From Lachnospiraceae bacterium (lineage in GTDB: Bacteria; Bacillota; Clostridia; Lachnospirales; Lachnospiraceae), in contig JAEEZH010000155.1 in NCBI GenBank assembly GCA_016288495.1, positions 4,804 through 68,803 on the forward strand: a stretch of 64,000 nt of DNA, given 5' to 3'. A program made the position numbers and the translations under genes. The notes beneath the pieces were generated by a model. The model searched no databases, was not told the origin of the DNA, and saw only the letters and a list, made by a program, of their open reading frames with translations. Shown piece after piece: positions 47,810 through 55,842 of this stretch (the first letter of the stretch is position 1; each line of letters starts with the position of its first letter).

Positions 47810-50437
47810 ATGAAGGTAAGACATTCGTTCAAGAAACTTGTTTCTGTTTTTATATCTTTGACGTTTATGGCGGCTTTGATCCCGCAATCTACCCTGGCAG
47901 ACGGCCCGGATCCGCAGCAAAGCCTTACCGGAATATCTGTCTCTGATACGAAGGATAGCGTAAACAGCGTATATGAACTGGCGGATTCACTTTATCAACG
48001 AAATTCGAACTTTGGCAGAAGAGCCGGCGGATTCATCTGGGATACCGAGGGAAAAAAGAGGAGCTGGACCTATTATAACGGTATCATGATGGATGCTTTT
48101 CTTACGATCGACAAGGAGGCCTATCTTCCCTGTGTAAACGATTATTATAATGAAAATATAACCAGCTCGGGGAAAGTTGACAGCACCGATGCAAGCGAAA
48201 ACTATTACAGGGAGAAGGAACTGGACTCTATCCCGCCTGCACGTGCTCTTTTTGATCTGATCCGGGAGAAGGATTATAATAAGTGTGCCGATAAATATAA
48301 AAAGACAATTAATTATATTTACAGTATTATGCAGTCATATGAGGTTGCAGAGGGGACCAACGGTAATTTTAAACACAAGATAGACAACAAAAACTGGGAG
48401 ACCTATCTGATCGCCCTTGATGGTCTCTATATGGCCCAGCCCTTTTTTATGGAAGTTGCAAATGCTCTTGATGATGGCATATTAATTGTCCAGGATTTTC
48501 AGACTTACACATGTGAAGTACCGGAATCCGATGACATCTACAGTGCTGTGACGGAACGTATGTTATGGATTGGCGAGAATCTTTATATACCCCAAAAGCA
48601 TCTGTATTGTCATGGCTGGGGGCCTGATGGCCTGAACGGACAATACTGGTTAAGGGCTGTCGGCTGGTACGCGGCTGCTCTTGCCGATGTTATCAGTATG
48701 CTTCCTAAAGATGGGTATGAGGAAGAAAAGGATGCCCTTATATTAACAGAAAAAAAGCTTTTTGATGGTATGCTGGAATACCGTGACGAGGCGACGGGCA
48801 TGTGGTATAACGTGATCGACCACGGGCCGGAGCTCGCAGGAAGCGGTTGCAACAATGAGCTTGAAACCTCCGGCACTGCTCTCATGGCTTATGCTATGAT
48901 GAAAACCTATGCGGAAGGATATCTGGACGATACTTACGGGGAAGCCGGCCTCATGGCGTTTAATGGTATAGTTAAGAATTATCTGGATTCCGAAGGACTT
49001 CACAATGTCTATATTTCTTCGGGAGTTGAGACTACTCCGGAAGGGTACCTTGGCAAAAGTTATAAGGTGAACGAGGCAAAGGGCGTAGGGCCGCTGATGA
49101 TGGCCGCGTCCTATGCAAATGCCGCTGCAGAGATTCACGCCGCACCGTCAGCTATCCTGACCGGTGGGGAGGATATGACCTTTGAAATCAACAAAACTCC
49201 GGATTTTTCCGGGGTTTCAGCCAATATCATTTATAATAACGGCACGTCCGTTACGGTGACGAGTGAAAAGCTGACATTCGGAGAATGTGACCCGACAGTG
49301 ACAGGACTTCAGGAAGTGGAGGTATATTACAAGGATATTAATTGTGGAAAGATAAGAGTAACATTTAAAGAACCGGATTCGGAAGATAAGCCGGGCAGTT
49401 CATCCTCGTCGTCAAGGACCAGCAGTTCGTCCTCGTCGTCAAGGACCAGCAGTTCGTCCTCATCGACAAGGACCAGCAGTTCGTCCTCGTCGACAAGAGA
49501 CAGCAGTTCGTCCTCGTCGACAAGAGACAGCAGTTCGTCTTCGTCGTCAAGGACCAGCAGTTCGTCCTCGTCGACAAGAGACAGCAGTTCGTCCTCATCG
49601 ACAAGGACCAGCAGTTCGTCCTCGTCGACAAGAGACAGCAGTTCGTCCTCGTCGGCAAAGGATGGCAGCTCGTCATCTACAGAAAAGGATAAGGACAGCA
49701 GCTCATCAATTGTTGCAGATAGGAAGGACAGCAGCAGCTCAAGTGTGGTTCCTTCCGGCACGTCGGGAGACGGTGACGAGAAAGACAGTACATCGGGCAG
49801 TGTGAAGGTGGTAAGCGAACCCACGCAGCCTGTGAGCGTTTCCATCGGCGGAACGCCTGTGCAGGTCAGAGTGGAACAGGAATATACCGCTGATACCGTA
49901 TATTCGGGCGAGGCCCTGACTCCCGAGTCTGCGGGGCTCAAGACTGATGTTTCCGGCCTTGAAGGCCTCGCAAAGACCGCTATTGAGAATTCGGCAGGAA
50001 ACGTGGCTTCAGCCGGGGATCTAAGCGGACTATTCACTGTGTCCTACAAGGCAAAGGGTAAGGGCGGAGCAGGCGAGACAGCCTTTACATCAAAGATCAA
50101 ATTCGATAAAAAACAGGCAAAGCAGCTGGGAATGAGCAAGGATGACATTAAGGCCCTGGCAAACGCAGTGAAGGCTCTGAATAAATTTCTGAAGCAGAAT
50201 CCCGCGAAGATACAGGTGGCGAAGGCTGACCTTGCCAAATGTTTTGAATCCATAGATGCGTCCTTCGACGCGAAGGGGAAGCTGAAGATAAACTCTGTTA
50301 CAGTGAAGCTTAATGAAAAAACAGTAACTCTTAAGAAGAAGGACTACAAGGTGACGGTATCAGACTCTGAAAAACGCACTGTGACCTTGGAGGGACGGAA
50401 AAACTATGAGGGTACCATCACTGTCACGTTGAAGTGA
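47810..50437 (+). CDS. Secreted GH105/GH88-like unsaturated glycuronyl/rhamnogalacturonyl hydrolase, fused to an Ig-like domain, a Ser-rich linker and a Lys-rich C-terminal module
   Basis: It has a signal peptide (FMAALIPQSTLA) and GH105/GH88-type motifs (WTYYNGIMMDAF, LDGLYMAQPFF, HGWGPD..YWLRAVGWY, ETSGTA). A (SSSSSS[RT][RT][DT]S)n linker follows. The C-terminal region resembles that of ORF 32-5521. The start was set at ATG 47810 after an AAGGAG RBS. Confidence 0.7.
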   Translation: MKVRHSFKKLVSVFISLTFMAALIPQSTLADGPDPQQSLTGISVSDTKDSVNSVYELADSLYQRNSNFGRRAGGFIWDTEGKKRSWTYYNGIMMDAFLTIDKEAYLPCVNDYYNENITSSGKVDSTDASENYYREKELDSIPPARALFDLIREKDYNKCADKYKKTINYIYSIMQSYEVAEGTNGNFKHKIDNKNWETYLIALDGLYMAQPFFMEVANALDDGILIVQDFQTYTCEVPESDDIYSAVTERMLWIGENLYIPQKHLYCHGWGPDGLNGQYWLRAVGWYAAALADVISMLPKDGYEEEKDALILTEKKLFDGMLEYRDEATGMWYNVIDHGPELAGSGCNNELETSGTALMAYAMMKTYAEGYLDDTYGEAGLMAFNGIVKNYLDSEGLHNVYISSGVETTPEGYLGKSYKVNEAKGVGPLMMAASYANAAAEIHAAPSAILTGGEDMTFEINKTPDFSGVSANIIYNNGTSVTVTSEKLTFGECDPTVTGLQEVEVYYKDINCGKIRVTFKEPDSEDKPGSSSSSSRTSSSSSSSRTSSSSSSTRTSSSSSSTRDSSSSSSTRDSSSSSSSRTSSSSSSTRDSSSSSSTRTSSSSSSTRDSSSSSSAKDGSSSSTEKDKDSSSSIVADRKDSSSSSVVPSGTSGDGDEKDSTSGSVKVVSEPTQPVSVSIGGTPVQVRVEQEYTADTVYSGEALTPESAGLKTDVSGLEGLAKTAIENSAGNVASAGDLSGLFTVSYKAKGKGGAGETAFTSKIKFDKKQAKQLGMSKDDIKALANAVKALNKFLKQNPAKIQVAKADLAKCFESIDASFDAKGKLKINSVTVKLNEKTVTLKKKDYKVTVSDSEKRTVTLEGRKNYEGTITVTLK
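49396..49660 (+). repeat. About ten tandem 27-bp coding repeats (SSSSSS-T/R-R/T-D/T-S)
   Basis: Reiteration of AGTTCGTCCTCGTCGACAAG(G/A)(A/G)ACAGC was read directly from the DNA. Confidence 0.9.
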
Positions 50438-50498
50438 AAAAGATCATTATTTATAAGCTGCTCAACTCAGAGTTGAGATATTTGAGGAGTAGATAACA

Positions 50499-51044
50499 AT
50501 GGAGCTGTTAGATGGAAGACCGGAGAATGTGGAGGGGCGCCTGCCTCGTGAGACGCGTACCTACGACCTTCTGGATTCTCTCGGTATTGATTATAAAAGA
50601 ACAGATCACGAACGGACAGATACCATGGAGGCCTGTAATGCTGTAGATGAGATCCTGGGTGTTGTGATATGCAAGAATCTTTTTCTTTGCAATCGTCAGA
50701 AAACGGCATTTTATCTTTTGATGATGCCGGGAGATAAGAAGTTTAAAACAAAGGAACTGTCTGCGCAGATAAATTCTGCAAGGCTTTCTTTTGCCCAGCC
50801 TGAGGATATGCTGAAGTATCTGGATATCGAGCCGGGAGCCGTGAGCATCATGGGGCTGATGAATGATGAGGATCGTGCAGTTCAGCTGCTGATCGATGAG
50901 GATGTATTGAAGGATGAGTATCTCGGATGTCATCCCTGTGTGAATACATCCAGTCTTAAGATACGCGTGGATGATGTGATAAAGAAGTTTCTGCCGGCCG
51001 TGGGACATGATTATAGGACTGTGCATTTGGTCGGAGATGATTAG
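50499..51044 (+). CDS. Prolyl-tRNA synthetase-associated (YbaK/ProX-type) aminoacyl-tRNA editing domain protein
   Basis: The pattern KNLFLCNRQKTAFYLLMMPGDKKFKTKELSAQINSARLSFA...PGAVSIMGL...HPCVNTSS is typical of this family. Confidence 0.85.
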   Translation: MELLDGRPENVEGRLPRETRTYDLLDSLGIDYKRTDHERTDTMEACNAVDEILGVVICKNLFLCNRQKTAFYLLMMPGDKKFKTKELSAQINSARLSFAQPEDMLKYLDIEPGAVSIMGLMNDEDRAVQLLIDEDVLKDEYLGCHPCVNTSSLKIRVDDVIKKFLPAVGHDYRTVHLVGDD

Positions 51045-51061
51045 GTGTGAAAAATTTCCGA

Positions 51062-51481
51062 TCAATGTTCGTGTACGCTCCGCCTCCTGATACTAAAAAA
51101 TCCGATGAGGTCAAAGACACCGGCCAGAGAATTTAGTATGTGGGCGAGCGGGAAGATCCCTCTTTTGATCATGGGGGTATTGTCCAGGCTGGCGGCAAAG
51201 CCGAGAAAGACCAGACCGTCAAGGCAGATCAGGGTCATGGAAATGGTTATGACCGTCAGAGCCAGAATTAAGGTGAGCTGACTTCTGGTAAATGAAGTCA
51301 GGACAGTGGCGATGTTGGTCAGGTACATGGCAAAAAACAATATGATCAGCCCGCCCCACCAGTCGCTTATTGAATTGAAATACACAATGGTATAATAGAT
51401 TTTGTATCCGAATGCCCCTATCGCGATAAAAAGTCCGATCAGCTTCCATATGCTGAATATTCCGTGTCCGGCGTTGTCCAT
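51062..51481 (-). CDS. Small four-helix membrane protein
   Basis: This 139-aa protein has four hydrophobic segments. I recognise no family. Confidence 0.45.
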   Translation of the reverse strand: MDNAGHGIFSIWKLIGLFIAIGAFGYKIYYTIVYFNSISDWWGGLIILFFAMYLTNIATVLTSFTRSQLTLILALTVITISMTLICLDGLVFLGFAASLDNTPMIKRGIFPLAHILNSLAGVFDLIGFFSIRRRSVHEH

Positions 51482-51731
51482 GTCTTTGTTCTCCTTTGCC
51501 GGTTATATGGTAACACAGCAGGCCGGATTTGTTAATATACCGGTAATGAAATAACCCTTTTTGTTTTCTCCGGCGATCAGCATTTGATTTGTTCATATCC
51601 TTCCGAAAGGTCGCTCTTTCATTGCATTTTTCCATAAAAAAACATATAATTTACATTGATTTTGCACGAGCAATTTGAAATAAGTAATGAGTTTCATGGT
51701 GCTGCTGATGACGGGGTTAAGGAGGTTAGGA

Positions 51732-52052
51732 ATGGCATCGAGTAAAGAATATCTGGATTATGTATTGGATCAGTTATCCGGGGCGGATGAGATAACTTAC
51801 AGGGCGATGATGGGAGAGTATATTATCTATTATCGCCGGAAAGTGATCGGCGGGATCTATGATGACCGGTTTCTTGTGAAGAATGTAAAATCAGCCAGAG
51901 ATATGATGCCGGATGCGGACCTGGAATTACCCTATGAAGGCGCCAAGGAGATGCTTTTGGTAGACGATGTCGAGAATAAGGAGTTCCTTAAAGAATTGAT
52001 GGAAGCGATGTTCGAAGAACTGCCGGCTCCGAAGAAAAAGAAAGAGAAGTAG
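51732..52052 (+). CDS. TfoX N-terminal domain family protein
   Basis: It reads EYLDYVLDQL...YRAMMGEYIIYYRRKVIGGIYDDRFLVK. An AAGGAGG RBS precedes ATG 51732. Confidence 0.7.
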   Translation: MASSKEYLDYVLDQLSGADEITYRAMMGEYIIYYRRKVIGGIYDDRFLVKNVKSARDMMPDADLELPYEGAKEMLLVDDVENKEFLKELMEAMFEELPAPKKKKEK

Positions 52053-52081
52053 GAGAGGAGTTTTGATGGAGCCCGGCGTTT

Positions 52082-52143
52082 TCTTTGGACGTGAAAAAAA
52101 AAAGTGTGATGAGTACTGCGGAAGTGGCCAGACAGCGTAAAGT
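52082..52143 (+). pseudogene. Second remnant (last ~12 codons, MSTAEVARQRKV*) of the same ATPase-type gene as 47406-47690, in the opposite orientation, ending 13 nt before repeat copy B
   Basis: About 60 nt align with the reverse complement of 47403-47465 (GTGTGATGAGTACTG(C/T)GGAAGTGGCCAGACAGCGTA...). Confidence 0.6.
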
Positions 52144-52156
52144 ATAGATCACTGCG

Positions 52157-52192
52157 CTTGAACGACCCGCTAAAAATGGTGTGTTGTTCAAC
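52157..52192 (+). repeat. 36-nt array repeat, copy B (1 substitution, A27>G)
   Basis: CTTGAACGACCCGCTAAAAATGGTGTGTTGTTCAAC. Confidence 0.95.
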
Positions 52193-52293
52193 AAAATGGA
52201 GCGTAAGGGATTAACTCGTGAAGAGGCGTATGAGGATATAATAAAAACCGCATCAAAGACAAATGAAGAATACGATAAAAGGTATGGCGTGAA

Positions 52294-52557
52294 ATGAAAT
52301 ACAAGTATAACATAAAAACCTATAATTCTCCGGATGCCTTTAGGATGGCTTGTATGGAATTTGAGAAGGAGTATCCAACTGCCAAAAAGAATGAAATGCT
52401 CGTTGATGTAGATGGATCAACTATCCAAGTTTACGCAACCGATGAAGGCGAAATGGTGATTTTTGATGATTATGATGTAGGGGCTGTTTTTGCAAATGCT
52501 GACTTTTTGATTCCTGAAACCTCTAAGCTTAATGATTTATTTGTGTTGATAAACTAA
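52294..52557 (+). CDS. Hypothetical small acidic protein (87 aa), immunity-protein-like in size and context
   Basis: This is a complete ORF. Its ATG overlaps the stop of an upstream gene fragment (ATGA), and its stop overlaps the next start (TAATG). Confidence 0.5.
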   Translation: MKYKYNIKTYNSPDAFRMACMEFEKEYPTAKKNEMLVDVDGSTIQVYATDEGEMVIFDDYDVGAVFANADFLIPETSKLNDLFVLIN

Positions 52558-52685
52558 TGGCTGTTGTATCCGTTCGTATAACCGATAACTCCGACGCTGT
52601 CCTGGCCGAGCTTGAGAAGCGTGCGAAGGTGGCGCTTGAAGCCGTGGGGATCCAGGCAGAGGGGCATTGCAAGCAGGAACTTGAA
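52557..52685 (+). pseudogene. First 43 codons of a gene (possibly a phage HK97-gp10-like tail-completion protein), cut by repeat copy C
   Basis: MAVVSVRITDNSDAVLAELEKRAKVALEAVGIQAEGHCKQELE runs straight into the repeat. The family guess is from memory and is weak. Confidence 0.4.
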
Positions 52686-52721
52686 CTTGAACGACCTGCT
52701 AAAAATGGTGTATTGTTCAAC
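52686..52721 (+). repeat. 36-nt array repeat, copy C (C12>T), preceded by a partial CTTGAA re-duplication
   Basis: CTTGAACGACCTGCTAAAAATGGTGTATTGTTCAAC. Confidence 0.95.
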
Positions 52722-52885
52722 AATACCGCCACCAATAGCAAGTTCAGCAAGTAAACCAATTCCCTCTAAAATCCCTATTTCTGCCGCAAATGTTGTACTT
52801 GTAAAATATTGACCAAATACAGATGAAACAAGTATAATTAAGGCCAAGAAAACAGCAGAAAGGGATTTTATCATGGAATTTATCA
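52722..52885 (-). pseudogene. 3'-truncated gene encoding a signal-peptide/TM N-terminus, cut by repeat copy C
   Basis: The minus-strand ORF M(INSM)IKSLSAVFLALIILVSSVFGQYFTSTTFAAEIGILEG... runs into the repeat without a stop of its own. Confidence 0.35.
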
Positions 52886-53133
52886 TGCCTTTTTTACAAA
52901 ACAAAAGACTTTTAATTTCACTTATTATAATCTTTTTATATACCATCATATCTATTACCCGAAGCAAAATGAAATCAAATTATTTTTCACTTCACAAGAA
53001 ACCCGTTCGTGAAAAATTAAAATGGACTCATCATTTCAATTTATTCAAACGAAAACAAAAGGATCAATATATCAAATGGTTAACCGAACACAAACGTAAA
53101 TGGTCTGAAGAACGGTGGAAACGCTTTAAATAA
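52873..53133 (+). CDS. Hypothetical small protein (TM segment plus a highly basic tail); the start is uncertain (alternative ATG 52966)
   Basis: The ORF lies in an AT-rich segment and its stop is 5 nt before copy D. I have no family and little support beyond the ORF itself. Confidence 0.3.
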   Translation: MEFIMPFLQNKRLLISLIIIFLYTIISITRSKMKSNYFSLHKKPVREKLKWTHHFNLFKRKQKDQYIKWLTEHKRKWSEERWKRFK

Positions 53134-53138
53134 TTCTT

Positions 53139-53174
53139 CTTGAACGACCTGCTAAAAATGGTGTATTGTTCAAC
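53139..53174 (+). repeat. 36-nt array repeat, copy D (C12>T)
   Basis: CTTGAACGACCTGCTAAAAATGGTGTATTGTTCAAC. Confidence 0.95.
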
Positions 53175-53278
53175 TAAAATGGGTATAGTTACGAAGGAAG
53201 TAAGAAACCATAAATACACTGTTGTAAATTATGGATTTGATAATTATAGGGTTATCAAAAGGAAGCGATTGAAATAGT

Positions 53279-53509
53279 ATGCCGAGTGAAAGAATACTGA
53301 AGGAACTTAATAAAAGAATTATACCGATCTGCAGAACTGATGAAGAACTAAGCGCGATTCCTTTATATGTCGAAACTGATAAATATCGCCAAAAACTGAT
53401 TGATTATATCGATATTGCGAAAAAACGTGGCGATGAAGTGACAGGCGATCAACTGATGATTCTTTTAATTACATTGTCTAACGAAGAGGAAAAAGATACT
53501 GAATTATAA
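53279..53509 (+). CDS. Hypothetical small acidic protein (76 aa)
   Basis: This is a complete ORF starting 1 nt after the stop of a 32-codon ORF/fragment (53178-53276). It is followed by a hairpin terminator. Confidence 0.5.
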   Translation: MPSERILKELNKRIIPICRTDEELSAIPLYVETDKYRQKLIDYIDIAKKRGDEVTGDQLMILLITLSNEEEKDTEL

Positions 53510-53513
53510 AAAG

Positions 53514-53540
53514 AAGGCACTTACAAACGTAGGTGCTTTT
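53514..53540 (+). terminator. Hairpin terminator abutting repeat copy E
   Basis: A GGCACTTAC-AAAC-GTAGGTGC stem is followed by TTTT. A near-identical hairpin occurs inverted at 61257-61287. Confidence 0.6.
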
Positions 53541-53576
53541 CTTGAACGACCTGCTAAAAATGGTGTATTGTTCAAC
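53541..53576 (+). repeat. 36-nt array repeat, copy E (C12>T)
   Basis: CTTGAACGACCTGCTAAAAATGGTGTATTGTTCAAC. Confidence 0.95.
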
Positions 53577-53660
53577 TGAAAAACTGGCGGGACTTTTGGA
53601 ACAGAATCTCAAAGATCCCTGGCCGGATGAGCTCAGGTCGAGGCTGAATGCGGCATATAC

Positions 53661-53696
53661 CTTGAACGACCCGCTAAAAATGGTGTATTGTTCAAC
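53661..53696 (+). repeat. 36-nt array repeat, copy F (consensus)
   Basis: CTTGAACGACCCGCTAAAAATGGTGTATTGTTCAAC. Confidence 0.95.
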
Positions 53697-53723
53697 ATGA
53701 TTTATTTAAGGAGCGAATTTATA

Positions 53724-55787
53724 ATGAAAAAGAGAGTTTTATCAATATTGTTGACCACTGTTTTTATGTTTTCGGCAGTTGCCTGTGCACAGCAGAATAC
53801 GGCCGGAATACCGACGGATAAAGTGCTAGACACTGAAGAGATAACTCAAAAAAATGACGACGACAAAGACACAAAAGAGGCTGCGAAGGGTTCTGAACAG
53901 ACAGGGGATTCAACATCTGAAACGGATATCGACAAAATTATTGATGATATGACTCTTCGTGATAAGGTGGAACAGATGATGGTTGTATCCTATCGAGTTT
54001 GGAAAGAGGTTCCTGAAAAGGATGAAGAATCAGATGCGGTGTCAGATAATGATTTGGCTGAGGATATTCCGGGTATCAATGTAACTGAATTAAATGATGA
54101 GATCCGTGATGACCTCAAAGGACATAAATACGGCGGTGTTCTTCTTTTTGGTGAAAACTTTAAGGATGCCGCCCAGACTGCAGGCCTTGTCTCAGACATA
54201 CAGGCCACCAATCAGGACGGGGGAGGCCTTTCCTTATTCATCTGCGTGGATCAGGAGGGCGGTAAAGTGGCCCGTGTCAGCTTTGGCACGACAGGCCCCG
54301 GCAATATGGCCCTGGGGGCAACCGGCGATGCAGGCAACGCCAAAGCAATGGCGGAAATATACGGAAAAGAGTTACAGCTTCTGGGAATCAATACGGACTT
54401 TGCTCCCGTGGTTGACGTTAATAATAATCCCAGTAACCCTGTCATAGGTATCCGTTCTTTCTCCGATTCACCTGAAACGGTTTCGGATTATGCCATTTCA
54501 TACATTGAAGGACTGCATGATGCAGGAACTATCGCCACCTTAAAGCATTTTCCGGGACATGGAAACACGGATACCGATTCCCATACCGGATTTCCCCGCA
54601 TTGACTCAAGTTATGATGAATTAAAGGAATTTGAGCTGATCCCCTTTAAGAAGGCCATCGATGCCGGCGCAGACATGGTCATGACTGCGCATATCCAGTA
54701 TCCTCAGATAGAGACTGAGAAATATATTTCTACCTCATCAGGTGAGGAGGTATATATACCCGCAACCATGAGCCATAAGATCCTTACGGACATACTCAAA
54801 GATGATATGGGATTTGAAGGTGTGGTGGTTTCGGATGCCTTGGATATGAAAGCCATCACGGAGAATTTTGCGGATGAGGATGTCCTCAGGATGACCATGA
54901 ACGCAGGCGTGGATTTCATCATACTTCCCGCCATATTTGATACAGCAGGTTTCAGACATGTTAATGAAATGGTGGAAACAGCCGTGAAACTCGCCGAGGA
55001 CGGAGATGTGGATGAAGAAACTATAGATGATTCCGTAAGACGTATCCTTAGATTAAAGGAAAAATACGGCATTCTTGAGCAGTCGGATTTCGCTCTGACG
55101 GACGAACAGATAAATGAGGCTGTATCCGGCGTGGGAAGCAGCGAAAACCGTGAGGTGGCATGGGAGATTACAAAGAAGGCACTTAGTCTTGTCAAAAATG
55201 ATAATGAGGCATTTCCCATAAATTTGGCTGATGACGAAACCACACTGATGCTTTTTGCTGCAAACTGCGAAGCCCAGGTCGGAACGGGAGAGTATGTCAG
55301 ACAAGAACTCATGGAACAGGGAATCATTTCTAATGAATCACATATAGCGATAATGAAAAATGATAAAGAAAATGAAACTGAATGTATGAATGCGGCTCTT
55401 GAGGCTGATCACTGCATACTGGTATATAAGACCTATAATGCAGCCTGCCTTGATCCTGCTACAGACGACGGTTATTCATCAGGCGTATTTGATAAGATCA
55501 TAGCCTCTCTGCATGAGAAAGAAAAGCAGGCAATTGTTGTAACCTGTCAGCTTCCTTATGATGCGGCAAGGTTTGGCGATGCTGATGCGATTCTTCTTTC
55601 CTATAATTTTTCAACGATAGATAAGGCAGTTCCCGAGTCGGGAGCCGGCAGCGCCTTTGCCCCCAATCTGGCCGCAGCCCTTATGGCCTGCTTCGGAGAC
55701 GGTGATGTGAGCGGCAAAGCGCCTGTTAAGATTCCGAAACTGGATGAAAAATATAAGTTTACGGAAGAGGTATTTGAAACCAGATGA
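53724..55787 (+). CDS. Secreted lipoprotein, glycoside hydrolase family 3 (beta-N-acetylhexosaminidase/beta-glucosidase-like)
   Basis: It has the lipobox FSAVAC, the GH3 N-domain motifs VDQEGGKVARV and LKHFPGHGNTDTDSHTG, and a C-terminal alpha/beta domain. An AAGGAG RBS precedes ATG 53724, which lies 28 nt after copy F. Confidence 0.9.
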   Translation: MKKRVLSILLTTVFMFSAVACAQQNTAGIPTDKVLDTEEITQKNDDDKDTKEAAKGSEQTGDSTSETDIDKIIDDMTLRDKVEQMMVVSYRVWKEVPEKDEESDAVSDNDLAEDIPGINVTELNDEIRDDLKGHKYGGVLLFGENFKDAAQTAGLVSDIQATNQDGGGLSLFICVDQEGGKVARVSFGTTGPGNMALGATGDAGNAKAMAEIYGKELQLLGINTDFAPVVDVNNNPSNPVIGIRSFSDSPETVSDYAISYIEGLHDAGTIATLKHFPGHGNTDTDSHTGFPRIDSSYDELKEFELIPFKKAIDAGADMVMTAHIQYPQIETEKYISTSSGEEVYIPATMSHKILTDILKDDMGFEGVVVSDALDMKAITENFADEDVLRMTMNAGVDFIILPAIFDTAGFRHVNEMVETAVKLAEDGDVDEETIDDSVRRILRLKEKYGILEQSDFALTDEQINEAVSGVGSSENREVAWEITKKALSLVKNDNEAFPINLADDETTLMLFAANCEAQVGTGEYVRQELMEQGIISNESHIAIMKNDKENETECMNAALEADHCILVYKTYNAACLDPATDDGYSSGVFDKIIASLHEKEKQAIVVTCQLPYDAARFGDADAILLSYNFSTIDKAVPESGAGSAFAPNLAAALMACFGDGDVSGKAPVKIPKLDEKYKFTEEVFETR

Positions 55788-55842
55788 GTTTTTCATTGTT
55801 TAAAAATTTAAAAATAGATTTCATGTATCCGGAAATAAAGCG

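Noticed and set aside
49327-50037. 236-aa minus-strand ORF (and 49365-49676, 4666-4923, 4647-4964) made of DEDELL/LV repeats
   Set aside because: These are artefacts of reading the Ser-rich tandem coding repeats in other frames or on the other strand.
50508-51065. 185-aa minus-strand ORF
   Set aside because: It is antisense to the YbaK/ProX-type gene, which matches its family along its whole length.
51732-52052. Interpreting the TfoX-domain gene as a competence master regulator
   Set aside because: Only the N-terminal TfoX domain is present (107 aa). Such single-domain proteins are widespread and of unknown role.
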